Of a stretch of 64,000 nt of DNA, positions 51,101 to 64,000 are shown piece by piece. Every line of letters starts with the position of its first letter. Within the stretch, counting starts at the first letter, position 1. The DNA is from Stylophora pistillata (Eukaryota): positions 7,491 to 71,490 of the forward strand of contig NW_019218343.1 in NCBI RefSeq assembly GCF_002571385.2, written 5' to 3'. A model generated the notes under the pieces. The model was not told the origin of the DNA. It worked only from the letters and a program-made list of their open reading frames with translations, and ran no database searches. The position numbers were made by a program, and so were the translations under genes.

Positions 51101-54100
51101 ATCACAGTGTAATTTTTGTTAGCTCTACCAACTGAGCTAACAAAAATTAAGCCAACTGGGAGATGATCATTATGTTGGTTCCTAATAAACTCATGAAGTG
51201 ATGAATCAATGACTGTGATTAGTATAATTTCAGAGCTGAGCAAAGAGTTTCCAGCAATCTGATTGGTCGAGCGGTTCCTTATATGACACTATATAAACCG
51301 CTCCACGCGGTTTATATAAAATGTTAAAATAAAATGTTAATATATGTTACTAAAATGTTATGATTTTAGAAATTTCTCTGTTGTTCAGCTCTGAAATTAT
51401 GCTAAAACAATTATTTGCCTCAGGTTTGGTGAATATTGTTGAATAATCCCCTCAACTTCATCTCAGGGATTATTCGATGATATTCACCTCCCCTTCGGCG
51501 AATAATAGTTAAATATATGAAAATCATATGTGAATTGAGGTTGATGAAATGAATATGAAAGCCATCTTGGCAGCATAAATGAACACTACTTTAGATTGAT
51601 TCAGTAAGTATTCTAAATTGTTGTCAATTATACAATGAATTTTTACCCATCTGATTTAACCCTTTCACTTCTGAGATCTCTATAGTAATTCTCCTTACTG
51701 TCTGCCATACAATTCTTATAACATTAGTTCAGAGAATTTGGTATTGGATCAACTAATAATCCCCTAATTGACATTTTTCTTTATTCTCGTCACTTGTCTG
51801 CTTGATATATTGTATAATTTTTTTTTTGATATTGTAAGGAGAAATTCTGTCCTGATCTATGTTAGTCCAGTGAATCATTACAAGCTTCAAATCAAGGCAA
51901 TAAATCATGAGCAGTTTGATTTAGATTATAAACCTCTTCCTATTAACAAATTAATTTTTTTCAATCCACAATTGAATGACACTTTTCTCTTCACAGTGGT
52001 GCATCAAACCTTGATGAGCTGTATCATCTCCTGAAAACCCATGTCATGATAAGACGTCTTAAGAAAGAGGTTGGTTTACTTTATGTAGTGCATGAAATTA
52101 AACAATGTTAGAATGATACAACTACTACTACACTAGCTACTACTACTGCTACTGCTACTGCTACTGCTACTGCTACTGCTACTGCTACTGCTACTGCTAC
52201 TACAACTACTACTTATGGTAATTATGATTTTATGTGACTCTCTCCTTTTATAGTAGATTAGCAATTTCATGTAATTTTAGAATGTAAATAAGACTTAGGC
52301 TAGCCACGGTCAATGCCTAGCCTGAGTGAGTAGGATCGGCACCCAGATGTGTATACATAATTATACTGCCATGATGATGATAATAATAATGATTAGGATT
52401 ATTGCCATAGTTCACTCAATATAACGAGGTGCTTTAAGATTGAAATAAGGGATATTAGATGTTTTATTACATTTAAGCATTTTGATAGTGACGTATGCAA
52501 CCTTTAGTATTCTGTTTGAGGATTTTGCTACACAGAAATTAAGTGTAGGACTTCTATTACCAGGGTTTCATAATTATTAGGAATTGCTATTATAGGAATT
52601 TTAATTGTAAGGACTTTGGTTGTTGGATTGATTGGTTACGGCTTGCTGGCCAATCATTGTCTAGGATATCTGGGCATCCAGAAGTTTTTACTGCCATAAT
52701 AACAATGATATCAATTATAATATTAGTGATAATGATATTTGATAATTAATGTGCTTTCCACTCATAAAACTAGCTTAAAAATGAAAATCCATTAAATGAA
52801 AATACATCCTATATCCTAAAAAAATAAAAAAACTAGATTACAGAAATATGATGCAGAAAGAGGCTAATTGTAGATCAAAATCTTACCAAAATAAATGTGT
52901 CTTTAAAGTAGATTTAAAAGTGGCTTGAGTGACTGCAACTTACATGTACTTCAAAGTCTAGGTGCAGTAGATGTAAAAGATATATTCCCAACTTTTTCTT
53001 CAGTCTGGCACTCTGTTATGTAAGAAGTATACTAGCATTCAATATACACTGAGTAACTTAATTAAGGAGACTGTGAAAATTTCCCTCTTTATTTCAATAT
53101 AGGTGCTGACTCAGTTACCACCAAAGAGAAGACAAAAAGTGATTTTTGACATCTCAGAGTCCAACAGTAAATACAACACAGTGAGTCAGATTACAGGCAA
53201 CAGCTATGAATGTGCCACTGTTAACTTACGGGACTGATTAATCTGTCATCCTATTATCATTATTATAAACTTTCCTTGCATTCTGTAGAGATTAATAGGC
53301 GTATCTAAACAACGGATTAAACCAGATTACACCGCGGTCCTTAACTCTCTGACTCCATATACTCTCTTCTTCTTCTTCCTATCCTATAATAGTCTTTCAT
53401 ATATCCTGGCATACACTACACATTCTCCTGATGAAATGAATGCATGTATGGTATTGATAAATATTTCCATTCTGGAAATTTTAATTATTGCAGAGGTTAT
53501 CCTTTTTAAGTGCCTTGCAATTCCTTGTAGTTAATGCCATACTGTGCACAAAGCTGATGACAATTTTCTAATTTCTCAATTCATCTATTAACTCAACAAT
53601 ACACTGAATGTAGAAATCATGGTAATTTTTGCTGATCAACTTCTTGCCTCCTTTGCATGTTCCATACAGAATTTAATGTGTTTGGATTGACAGGGGTTTC
53701 ATTAAGGGCCTGGGCACTGGACAAATTGCTTGGTTGTGAGGACTTGGTTTGACCATCTATAGAAACATTCATATTCTTATAAAAAAGTTCCACACAAAAA
53801 TTTTTGCCTGCCTGTGAAAACTAGTTTCCCTCCTGCTGAAAACATTGATAAAACCCCTGATTGACAGCCAGAATGGTTGACCAAACATTCCTGTGCTCTT
53901 GTCCTGTTGTTGTCCAGTTGAAATATATATTCTAAATAAATACAGTCTATGTATGGGTGTGTTCCACCAAATGTTTAGGAATTGAAGCAGATCATGAAAG
54001 ACTTCAGGAAATGTTCTGCCATTATTAATGGGTCAATCGCAGATGATCAGTCAATTGAGTCACCTCTGACAGAAATCAGACGCCTATCAACGCTTGTTTA

Positions 54101-57100
54101 TCACTACACTGGCCTTGTCAAGGTAAGAAAATTCCAGAGTTTGGCTGGACTCCACTTCTATGGCGCATTTTTCCCACTCATTAACTAACTCTTTCACTGG
54201 CAAGATCTCATCAGTAATTCTCATTTCTGTCTGCCATACCATTCTTTCAGGACTTAACATTAACGGTAGCCGACTAGCCACAGAGTAGTAGAAATTCAGT
54301 TTTGGCTGGTGGTTTTCGATTTTCATTAGCCAGTTTGGCTAGTTAACAAACTGAAATTGTTGTAACACCTAAGTTGTCACTAGCCACCTGGCTAGTAAGT
54401 TGAAAAGTTAGTGTCCAGCCCTGTCTTGTGATGTTAGTTTGGAGAATTGAATTTTGGATCAACTGATAATAAGCTAAATGATACTGTATTTTTCTTCATT
54501 CTCATTACTTGTCTGCTTGATATTGTATTATTTGATCAATTTTAAGGAAAAATTGTGTCTTGATCACTCGTGGTAGTTGAAGTAGATGCGATGCATGTAA
54601 TATGTTTTAAAATCAAGGTGTGTCTGTATGCTCTCGGTTAAAGGCGTGCTAATTTGATGTGGCTTTTGTTTCTGCCATCGACTCAGCGACGCGCTACGTC
54701 ATGAAACGAACCTAACGAAGTCATTAGAATGAACAACAGTTTGAATACCGGACATACAGTGCCGCTTAAAAGTAAGTTAGCACCGTCTCGAGAGACGCGT
54801 CTCGTTTTTCTCGAGACGCGTCTCTCGCTTCTCTCATCCTTTTTCATTCTCAATACCTTGTACGCCTAATTCTTTCCTTAAGATTGGTCCAGTTCTGAAG
54901 TACATTGAAGACTTGGCTCAGGGAATGGATGGCAAATTTATTGTGTTCTTCCGTCATCGCCTTGTACGTCAAGCGATCGAGGCAAAGTTGGTGGCCTTGA
55001 AACTAAAATATATTTGCATTGCGGGTGATGTTCCATCCGGAATCAGAGGGGTAAAATATCCGTTAATACACAGTATGCTCTTGAAATTGCTCGGCACGTG
55101 TCCATGTCTGATAGCTAAAGGGCAGGATGCATCAAGAAGCAAGTCCAAGAGACTATACAATGCAACGTTTTCATGTAATCAGGGTTGTCGTTAGGCGCTG
55201 ACAGCCGGCGAATTGAAAGAGGCAGTCGCCGGCTGAATTTTCGCTGGTAATCGCTCGACAGACGAGTCTTGATTTTTTTTACAGTTTAAGTGAAAAAAAA
55301 AAATACCTTGCCGTTTGAAAACAAAAAGTTGAAATTAAATACTGAACTACATCTAAGCTACAGAATTATTAAAGGTGAAATGAAGTGTTGCTTTGAGTTC
55401 ACTGGTCTTCAATGATTTGTAGTGTCTCTCTCTGTTTCGGATCGCGATTTTGTAAACTCAAAGCTTGGTAGAGTTGGTAGTCTCGCAGACAAGATATTGC
55501 AAACGACTGGTCACAGCCTGCTGAATGGCTTCCTCAACCGCCAAGCCATTTTCTTAGCTATGCCACTGTATAACTAGACACTTTTTGTCTCCTTGCAACG
55601 TGTTTTATCGATACTTTTTTTTTTCATTATATGCATGTGTTTCCCACTCTTAGCGCTTGTCCACTTCTGTCCTATGAACCCTAACAACCAGGATGCAATT
55701 CGATGAGGTTCCCACTTTGAGCAGTAAATTGTGTTTATCTGTTACTAAAAGAATGATCTTCTCAGGAAAAAACAATCGTCAATACGAGAGAAGTGAGGTC
55801 TTTGTTTTCATGCTTTTTTGTTGTTGTTGTTTAAGGTAATGATCTATGTGTTTGTTATAGGAATTAGTTCATTCATTTCAAACCGACACACAAGTACGAG
55901 TTGCAGCCCTGTCCATCGAAGCAGCTTCTTTTGTGAGTATGAAAATTGATCTGATTTTTTCCCGATTGGTTTCCCAGAAGGGCACGGAATTTGGTGAGGG
56001 ATAATGGAAGCTATGGAAGGTCATAGGAAATAATTTTTTTGGAGAACAGCACAGCAAGAGCTGAATGTGCCGTCAAACGTTGTTCTAAAGGGTGCGAAGC
56101 CTGCATTATCCATCTCCTGAACAACGGCCTCCTTTAAGATTTATTTTGTATTTGTATTCTTTTTTTCTTTTTTTTTGTTTTTTTTTGTTTTGCTTTGTTT
56201 GTTTGTTTGTTTTTTGTCATCATTATCACTATCAAGTGGTTTTCATAATTTCTTTTTTTATTTCTATTCCTCAGGGACTCACTCTCACTGCAGCCCATCA
56301 TGTAGTGTTCGCGGAGCTTCATCACACTCCAGGTGTTATTATACAGGCTGAGGACAGAGCTCACAGGATAGGGCAGACACTACCGGTTAACATTCATTAC
56401 TTGATTGCCAAAGGGACTGTGGATGAGATACTGTGGTCGCTTATCAGACGCAAGGTACGTTTTGTGCTGCATTCAGAAGACAAATTTCCATTTAATAGCG
56501 TGAAAAAGGTGACTCTCGCTGCAGGGTTGCGTTGTTCATTGAGGTAAATGACGTTTAGCCAACAATTTTTTATTCATATTTGTAACTTTGCAGGCAGTTT
56601 TAACTGTCTCGATTTTTTTCTTCAGTCTCATATTACGCTTAAGGTAAAACCCCCCAAAACGTAAGCCCTAACAGCCTTTCGAACAGTCGGACAAAGAAGA
56701 TTGCGAGGTTTGTCTCACTAAAAGGTGATAAAATAGAAAAATCCCGCCATCATTTCAACCGACGTTATTCGGCAAAACCCAAAATAAAACTCAGCTCGGT
56801 TACTTGTGTTTTTCCTCCTTTTGCAGGTCTACGTTACTACTACCACCTTGGATGGGAAATGTAAAGATCTTGAGACAGAGGATGCAGATGAAGATCTGGG
56901 TCGGAAGTTGTCAGCATGTGCTGCATGGATCCAAGAACAAGAGGAAGGTGCTGAGGACCTGGAAGATTTCGTAATTGAGCAGGTACAAGTACAGCCTAGC
57001 ACAGCGATGAAGACTCAAATTGACTGTAGTGATTGGCTTAGTTACATTGACTGACAGGCATTGGCCATGAAAAAAGCCCCGCTGTTGTTAGCCTTTTTGC

Positions 57101-60100
57101 TCGTCGGTTTGCTGAACTTGTCTTTAATGAAACCTAAAATCCAAAAAAAAGCCCTTACTCTAAGCTACAAATTTATGAAGCCAAGAGCCTTGAACGAGAT
57201 CGAAATTGGGGAGTAATTTACCAAAAGGTGTCAAAAAGTCGTAGTCCTTCCTTTAGTTAAACGCCCTAACGGTTAAAATATTACGTCTTCCTTTGTGGTA
57301 CTGTATGATAGAGTGAACATGTGCTGTTACTCTGATTTGTAGTCTGACTATGGTTCAAATGCACTGTTCGTCTTGTAATCAAAAGCGAATATTATATTTG
57401 ATCTGCAATTTCTTTTCTTCTTTGGAGTGTTTCTGTTTTCGATATTTGCATGCACTTGTTTGAACTTGCAGCAAGATTGTTCTATCTTTGCAGCTTACAT
57501 CAAAAGCTGGCAAAAAGGATCAAGGGCAGAGAGATCTTCGTTCTTTTTTTGTCGCAACACCAGTTTCATCAAAGTCAACTTCCTTCGAAAACAGCGCTTG
57601 TAGTCACTATACGACGGTCCCTATAGACAAAAATGCAAAACTGGGTGTGACCAGGAAAACAGCGGGGGATCCAATATATGTGCTGGACAAAGAAGAAGAC
57701 GGTTTATCGACTTGGGATGGTTTGAAGAATGATGCTCCTATTTCGGCAGGTGCATATTCTACCTCGTACTGAATGTGGTGTTGTAGTTGTAGTGGTGGTG
57801 AGGGAACATCCGACGTCTCTTCCTATTGATGCTTGTTCTCTGAGATTAGATTGCCTTATATATATATTTTTTTCATTCTTCATTAGTGCCTGATTTTGTG
57901 CAAATCCCCGAGGAAAAACCTCTCAAGAAAGACACTAAGTCTTGCGCAGAAAGTCGCGAAAACTGCGAAAATCTTAGAACTGACTTCAAACCTGGTAAAG
58001 AAGCATTAAAGGAAAAAGGATGTCCACTTAAGCTAAAAACATTAAAGTTCAAGAAAGGGAGACATGGCAAGCTATCATTTGCGGAAGGCAAAACAAACAC
58101 AAAACAGTGTCAACAAAAAACCAACTGCAATAGTCTTCTGAATTCTTTCGGAAATGATCCTGAGACGGAATCACAGACACTGCGAGGCTATCTTGATAAT
58201 GAAGATGAACCTGAAATTACAAATTTAGAAGATTCACAAAATATTAGAGAGAAGTATGATTGCTTGGGTGGAGGTTTGAAGGCAAGAGACCGAGAATTTT
58301 TTACCTATTTACAAGAAGCTGATATAGAGTGTGTAGAAGTGGTCTGTAAACGGACATCAAGACTGTTACAGGACCGTCAAGGTGGCTTCAATGACAGTAC
58401 TACCGAAAGAATGAAACACAAAATAGGACGTACAGTTAATGATTCGCAAAATTCATTTGTAACAAGTCAAGGTTCCAAAGGAGGATCTCCTTCAAGAGAT
58501 TCTGGCGAACTTGACATGTTAGATCCACCCAAGGGAACGTCAGATGTAGTCAACGGGGACACTGATGGCTTGCGCGATAAAATTGGAAAGTTACAAAATA
58601 GGCAAGTAACAGACTCTTGCACAAATTCCTGTGGTCTTTATGTAGAGGAAATTGGGAATAAATCTGACATAGATTCTGCTGAGAAAAGGAAGATGCCTTC
58701 TCCCTCTGATCAAGGAAGACAAAGTCTTGAAAACGGTTCTTCCTATTTTAACATTGTTTCTTTAGAAGATGGAGCTACTGCAATTGAAGGTGTTTTGTGC
58801 GAGAGGAGTAACAACCTACGATATGGAACTAGACTGAACCAACCTTCAAAAGAGAGCCTAAGACGTGCAAGAGGCGATGTTTTCAATCCCCCAGAGAATT
58901 CATCACGAGATCATGAAAATAAGGAATGTTTGCCGATTAAAGAGGATGAAAATGCCAGTATCACTGCAGTGCCTTATGATGACGATTCATCAGATGATTT
59001 CCAAGATATCGAATTTAAAAATACTCAAGTTGCCAATCTACTGGTCGCACAGAGGCCCACCAAAAAGCGGAAGGCCACTAACAAATCGAAACAAAAGACT
59101 GCAAACCGAGGAGCCAAGACTTGTAACAAGGATAAGCAACCGCCTGCCGATTGGCCCTGTGGTGCATGTACTTTTATTAATGATGGGCAGCTTTTGGAGT
59201 GTTCCATCTGCTTCACACCTCGTGCAAATATTGACGAGACCACGAGCACTGTCGACAATGAAGATCTATGCATCAAAAGTATCGGTGGACAAGGTTATGA
59301 TGACGTTTGTATTTCAGATAAAATGGACCAATATGAAGCTGGAGTAGACTGTACAGATACCAGTTCTACCAGTGTAGATCGTGGCAGGACCAATGGAGTA
59401 GTGAAACATGAGTCATCGCAGATTTCTTTTGGCTCTGCCCAAATGACGTTTCCTATCAGCACTGGGCAGACTGAAGAACCACATGCTTCTGAAAAGACTA
59501 TTGTCCATAACTTGTCGAGTGAGTGGATGATAACACTGCCAAATGATTCAAGGACTGACAGCAAATCTTCTATCCGTGGTGCTAATTTAGCTGTTCGCGA
59601 TAGTGCTTCTAGTCATGTTGCTGCTCCTGGTTTACCTCCTTGGTCGTGCTCGGCTTGCACCTTTTTGAACTTGTTTGAAATGATTGAATGTTCAGTATGT
59701 CTGACTCCAAAACGGCGAAGCCGGAGGGTGAGTGCAAAAAAGAATCTACTTACAGTGGAAACTGGAAAGGAGGTCAATGCGTGCGAGATGACTCTAAGTG
59801 GCAAGAGGCGACGGAAAGGAAATAAGAATGTAAAAGACCATAATCCACAGGACATGGATGTAGAAGCAGGTACGGAGGCACGCTCAGCTCGTTTGGAGGA
59901 ATGTATCAACAACACAACAGCTCAACGTGATCGTGACATTTCATTGGCGGGAGATGAAGGCTTGACACCAGAACCATTGGGATCATCCCCTGTAACAGAT
60001 AGTAGCAGTCACACGCAGTATGGCCATGAAATCTTTAGAGAAGAGATTCCTGGAGAGGTCACCTCTAACCCTCGAAAGCGACTTAAGCTGGATGAGGTCG

Positions 60101-63100
60101 AAGGAGAAAGTAGCATCCGTGTTGTTTCATATGATTCAGAAATTGTGTGCAGTAACAGCACTATAAAGTGTTCGTATGCAATGTCCTCTCCTGTATCTTC
60201 ATACGAGCTAATGGCTGCCACACCCCCCGACGATAAAGGCGTAGATGTAGTTCGTCCACTCAACTGTGTTCTTTCCTCAGATGAAGAAGAACTAGAACTT
60301 AGAAACGATCATAAATCAAGGAACTGTAAAATTGAAAATAGTGATTTGGAAATGGACTGCGAACAACTTGACGTTTCAGATCATTCAGTGACTGAACAGT
60401 GCAGTGGAGTTTCTTCGACAGTTTCCTCTTATGGGAAGAGGGGTGGCCATTTGCCATCTTCCCAAAAGTCGGAAATTATCAAGGTCATGGAGGAACTTGA
60501 AGAGCTGAAGGCTGCAGCAGAAGAACTGTTTAATTCAGAATGGGAAGACGACGAGCGTTGGTGGGAAGAAGAGAGTTCCTTTGGAGAAAGTTCATTTGCC
60601 TCTAGTAGTGAAACAGTGTCAAGTAGTCCAACAGTTACAAGGCCAGGATTTACAAAGTGCTCCGAACTGTGTTCAGTCACAGAGCTTAAAAAGAAGCTTG
60701 AAGCAGATACTAAACAACTAAATGATACCCGGCGGCCCAAGACTGTTCATAAACCTCAATCTGCTAAGGGTATCCCTGAAAGTAAGGAAGCCACGCCACT
60801 AGCAAATGATCATACTTTAAGACCTGAGTTGGATCCAGGGGGGGAAGAGGAGAAAGAAGATGAAGAAGACGCCCCCCCTGAAGCGATGAAGTTGAAATTC
60901 TGTTTAAGTCGTTACACAGAACGGTTATATTTGTACTCCCAGGTTAGTCATTTATCGGTTTCTTTTTTTCTTCCTACTCTCCTTGTAACTAATACAGTGT
61001 CAGGATGATTTTTTCTACAGAGCTTCAGATAAAAGTTACGTCCAACCAGAAAAGGCAATAAGTGTGTGATTAGTAAGATTTTCTTCGATGCTTAAGGGTT
61101 ACTCAAAATATGATTATCGCAAGATACAACAGCTTCTTTAAATTCTGAAGGACGGGAGCAGTGGTAGTTTTGTAGGAAGAGCGCAAAGAAAAACAAACAA
61201 ACAACTCGAACTTGAAGAATACAAAAGTAGAGGTTTTGTTCATCTTTATCATTGTGCTGTTTGGTTTTCTGCATAGGATGGCCTTCCTCTTGGAATTAAT
61301 TTTTGCATGTCTGATGTTAAGAACTGCAACATGGAAGATTTACCCGCCATTCTTCTTCATGAAGAAAATTTAACGCAAATTAAAAGATTCCTTGAAAAAT
61401 GGAGGAGGTAAGTAAGGCTTGACTATTGATCACCAATTGTAGTTCGATTGCTTCAGTATAGCTTTGCAATAGTTACTGAATCAACCTGGATCGTGCGTAT
61501 ACAAGTATAGTGATTTGATCTAGACAAAGAGAATTGCGATATGAATGTTCTAGCAGGCTCATTATGAGTTTGTAAAATATTCAAGGTTGAAAAAGATTAC
61601 ATTTGTGGTCAGCACAAAATACAACACACTTTTCGTTGTATCTTTTTTTTTTTTCTAGGGTGGGAGAGGGGAAGAAACGAATACTCCGAAAATCAGGACT
61701 TGTGTTTGATGATCCTTTGGAAGCTTACGAGTGTGCAAGAAAGGTAACTGTGGGTTTGTTTTTCATGAAATCGTTAAACATTTGCACAAAATTTTCTCTC
61801 CCTAGTTTATTTCGTTCTCGTGATCGGAAATACACTAACTACACCCGGCAATGCGGGAAAATACTCGGAGGAGATGGTGGGTAAACGGTTGTATCCTTAA
61901 AAGGAAGACGCCTTTTGGCCGCCTTTAGTGGGTACAATGATGTTGTTGTCGTTGTTGGTGGTAATAGTAGTGCTACTGTTGTTCTTTTTACTATTCAGTG
62001 CGCAGACGCCCTTTGAAATTACTGATAATTTTGAAACCTTGAGCGAGGGCCGCCTTTTCAATAAGAATTTCTTTACTTAATCCTTCCCCTGTTATGAGAA
62101 TTGTATTTATTTACATTGAAATGAAGAACGTTTCAGTTAAAGTACTTTATTTTTGGTTTCGTTAGGGTATGTCCAGGACATCCAGCTATGTTCGACACCC
62201 TTCAAAGGTAAGGGACATATTTTTTTCAGTTCTTTTCCTTATTTTGTTAACGGTTATTTTGGCGTTGATGTTGATTTCTGATCAGTAGAGATTTGCTGAA
62301 GCAAAGGCATATAAAAAACCAGGAAAGATTTATTGCTGCCCGATGTTTCGGAATCATCATGATTCCATTATCAAGAGACTAGTTAACTAGCATGCAACTA
62401 AGGAAAGGTATGAGATAAGTATAAATTACAATAAACGGCCTAAACAAACACCTTGGCGCGGATGGAATCTGTTTGCACGTTCAGTGTTGGTTTACGCATG
62501 CGAATGTATAACATTCTTTAACGAGGCAATCAAATTTGCCGCTACATTTCGTGATGATGGGAAATTGCTCAATGAAGCGTTCAGGCATTTCACTTTTGTG
62601 TTGGAGGTTATAATGTTTGTAAATCGAAGATGACTTTCTAGTGTGCCCTTCTACGCGCTCATGTAAGTGACCACGTGTATAACCCACATACACTGCATCG
62701 CACAGGTTACATTTCAATCCATAGACGAGACATTGTAGGTTGACAATAGGGGGCTTAATCTCGTGTCGCTTAAGTTGTTGCTCGAGCTTAGGGCTTACAA
62801 ACACTGGTTGGACAGTTTAGCAGTGTTGTCGATGCTATTAGGATTTCTGTTGTTTCAGTTACAACACAAAAGTGTTTAGTGTTTTTTTATTTTTTTTTTC
62901 CATTCTCTGATTATTTCTTTGTACTTTTCTCTTCCTTTACTTGCAACCTCGCAGGAAACGCAGATTCAGGCTGTTCACAATACCGCAGAAGAAGTCGGAG
63001 GAAAGGTTCGGGTGGTAAAGAAACCCCAAGTTGTAGAAAACAAAAGGAAGAAAACCGATCACGCTAAGAACAAAACAGATGGTGCAGAGGAGGCCGAGTG

Positions 63101-64000
63101 CCCAGTACCTACCAGCCGCACACAAGTATGTGCCTCAAACAGAATCTCCGAGGATAAGACCTACACGTATCACCAGGCCGTGACGGCTGATGGGATACCA
63201 CTATGTTTGTCCTGTAAGGGCCCAGTGGAGTTCGTAGAGACACTGAGGTGTTCAGATTGGGATACCAGATTCTGTTCGCATGACTGCAAACAGGAATATC
63301 AGGTGATTGTCAATTTTTAAGGAACTTGTTTCCGCGATTTGCGCCAGTTTTTGTCAGTTGAGTTGAACATCGATGAAGCGGTGATGCCAGTTTGCGAAAT
63401 TTGTTAGAAACCAAGAGAAAATGAGGGAACAGATGGGAATGTCTGAAAAGTATTTTCGAATTCTTTGTCACTGTGAATTGTTTCTCAAGAACTACCTTGA
63501 GTTTTCCCTTCCCCTTCGGTATGGTTTTTATAGATAAGTCATTCGCCACATTCCTGTTGATAATCCAAACAACGGTTCAAGTACAACATTCATGCAGATG
63601 TCTTTGAAAACAAACAACAAACCGCGACAAAATTTGTCGTCACATGAAATTCGCACAGTCTCCACTGAGGATGTTTTGGAAGAAGAAGTGAAATGTAAGA
63701 TGAAAAGTATTTCGCTACAATATTTCCTCTCCCTATTCCATGTTGTGGAATCACAGGAAACAAAATGCAGCATTGTTCAGGTGGTAGAGGAAGCGATCTC
63801 AAGGATGATATGTCTAATTTTTTTCGCTGGTTTAATTTTTAAAAGAGTTGCTTTTAATTTAGGTACGTGGAAGTGGTACGACGGCAAGGAGAGCTTTGTT
63901 TGAAGCAGAAAGAGGAATTTGCCAGCTGTGTTCAATGGACGCCCACAACTTGTACCAAAATGTCGTCGCGTTACCTGTCAGAGATCGGCCAAAATTCTTG
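48160..64000 (+). CDS. ZRANB3: DNA annealing helicase/endonuclease ZRANB3 (SNF2 ATPase, PIP box, two NZF fingers, start of the C-terminal nuclease region); 3' end lies outside the window
   Basis: Exons: 48160-48266, 48477-48495, 49006-49184, 50212-50446, 50735-50853, 51997-52069, 53103-53180, 53979-54122, 54883-55050, 55861-55932, 56275-56454, 56827-56982, 57494-57749, 57887-60942, 61277-61407, 61659-61743, 62166-62207, 62955-63302, 63863-64000+. In frame for 1862 codons. Motifs: [54 protein letters not shown] box QRDLRSFF (57527-57550), NZF W.C..CTF.N......C..C twice, [16 protein letters not shown]. Confidence 0.95.
49394..49757. mobile_element. Foldback MITE with ~150-bp terminal inverted repeats in a ZRANB3 intron
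   Basis: 49394-49543 is the near-perfect reverse complement of 49607-49757, with a spacer of about 63 bp. Confidence 0.85.
51656..51860 (+). mobile_element. Recurrent non-autonomous element starting TTAACCCT (piggyBac-like end); other copies at about 10215-10355, 23345-23500, 48765-48950 and 54181-54585
   Basis: Shared body AGTAATTCTC...TGTCTGCCATAC...AGAATTTGGTATTGGATCAACT...TTTATTCTC.TCACTTGTCTGCTTGATAT. Confidence 0.6.
52137..52211. repeat. (CTACTG)n / (CTA)n microsatellite
   Basis: Read directly from the sequence. Confidence 0.9.
52870..53040 (-). mobile_element. LINE (L2/CR1-like) 3' remnant
   Basis: The minus-strand translation [13 protein letters not shown]...[10 protein letters not shown] resembles the L2/CR1 ORF2 tail (G.R.F...AP.LWN...FK..LKT.LF). 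Confidence 0.45.
62290..62830 (-). mobile_element. Penelope-like element 3' fragment (GIY-YIG plus pLTR hammerhead) in a ZRANB3 intron
   Basis: ORF 62481-62804 ([28 protein letters not shown]...SSIYKH). After a frameshift it ends [17 protein letters not shown]. Hammerhead-like motif at 62377-62339. Confidence 0.8.

Noticed and set aside
58865-60740. Overlapping and antisense ORFs within the large ZRANB3 exon (likewise those opposite the GPCRs and the cGLR)
   Set aside because: Shadow ORFs with no recognisable motifs.

Overview
AT-rich, intron-containing eukaryotic DNA. The gene set and repeat families look cnidarian, most likely a stony coral; this is an inference, not proven. From left to right: (1) two tandem minus-strand adhesion GPCR paralogues of 18 exons each (signal peptide, C-type lectin domain, GAIN/GPS, 7TM). 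The first (1385-12413) is intact. The second (15918-30998) has an in-frame TAA inside the Stachel, four codons after the GPS cleavage site. (2) A decayed, possibly kinase-like reading frame at about 33.9-35.1 kb. (3) Two intronless class A GPCRs. (4) An intronless cGAS-like receptor (cGLR/Mab21 nucleotidyltransferase, 577 aa) with an intact catalytic triad and an unexplained C-terminal extension of about 170 aa. (5) Head-to-head with it, a ZRANB3 orthologue (at least 19 exons, runs off the window) with a 3-kb exon and two NZF fingers. Introns and spacers are dense with Penelope-like element fragments carrying minimal hammerhead ribozymes (including a U3-A8 covariant class), tRNA-derived SINEs and MITE/foldback elements. 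All exon models were assembled by eye from GT/AG signals, phase continuity and family motifs. No database searches were run.
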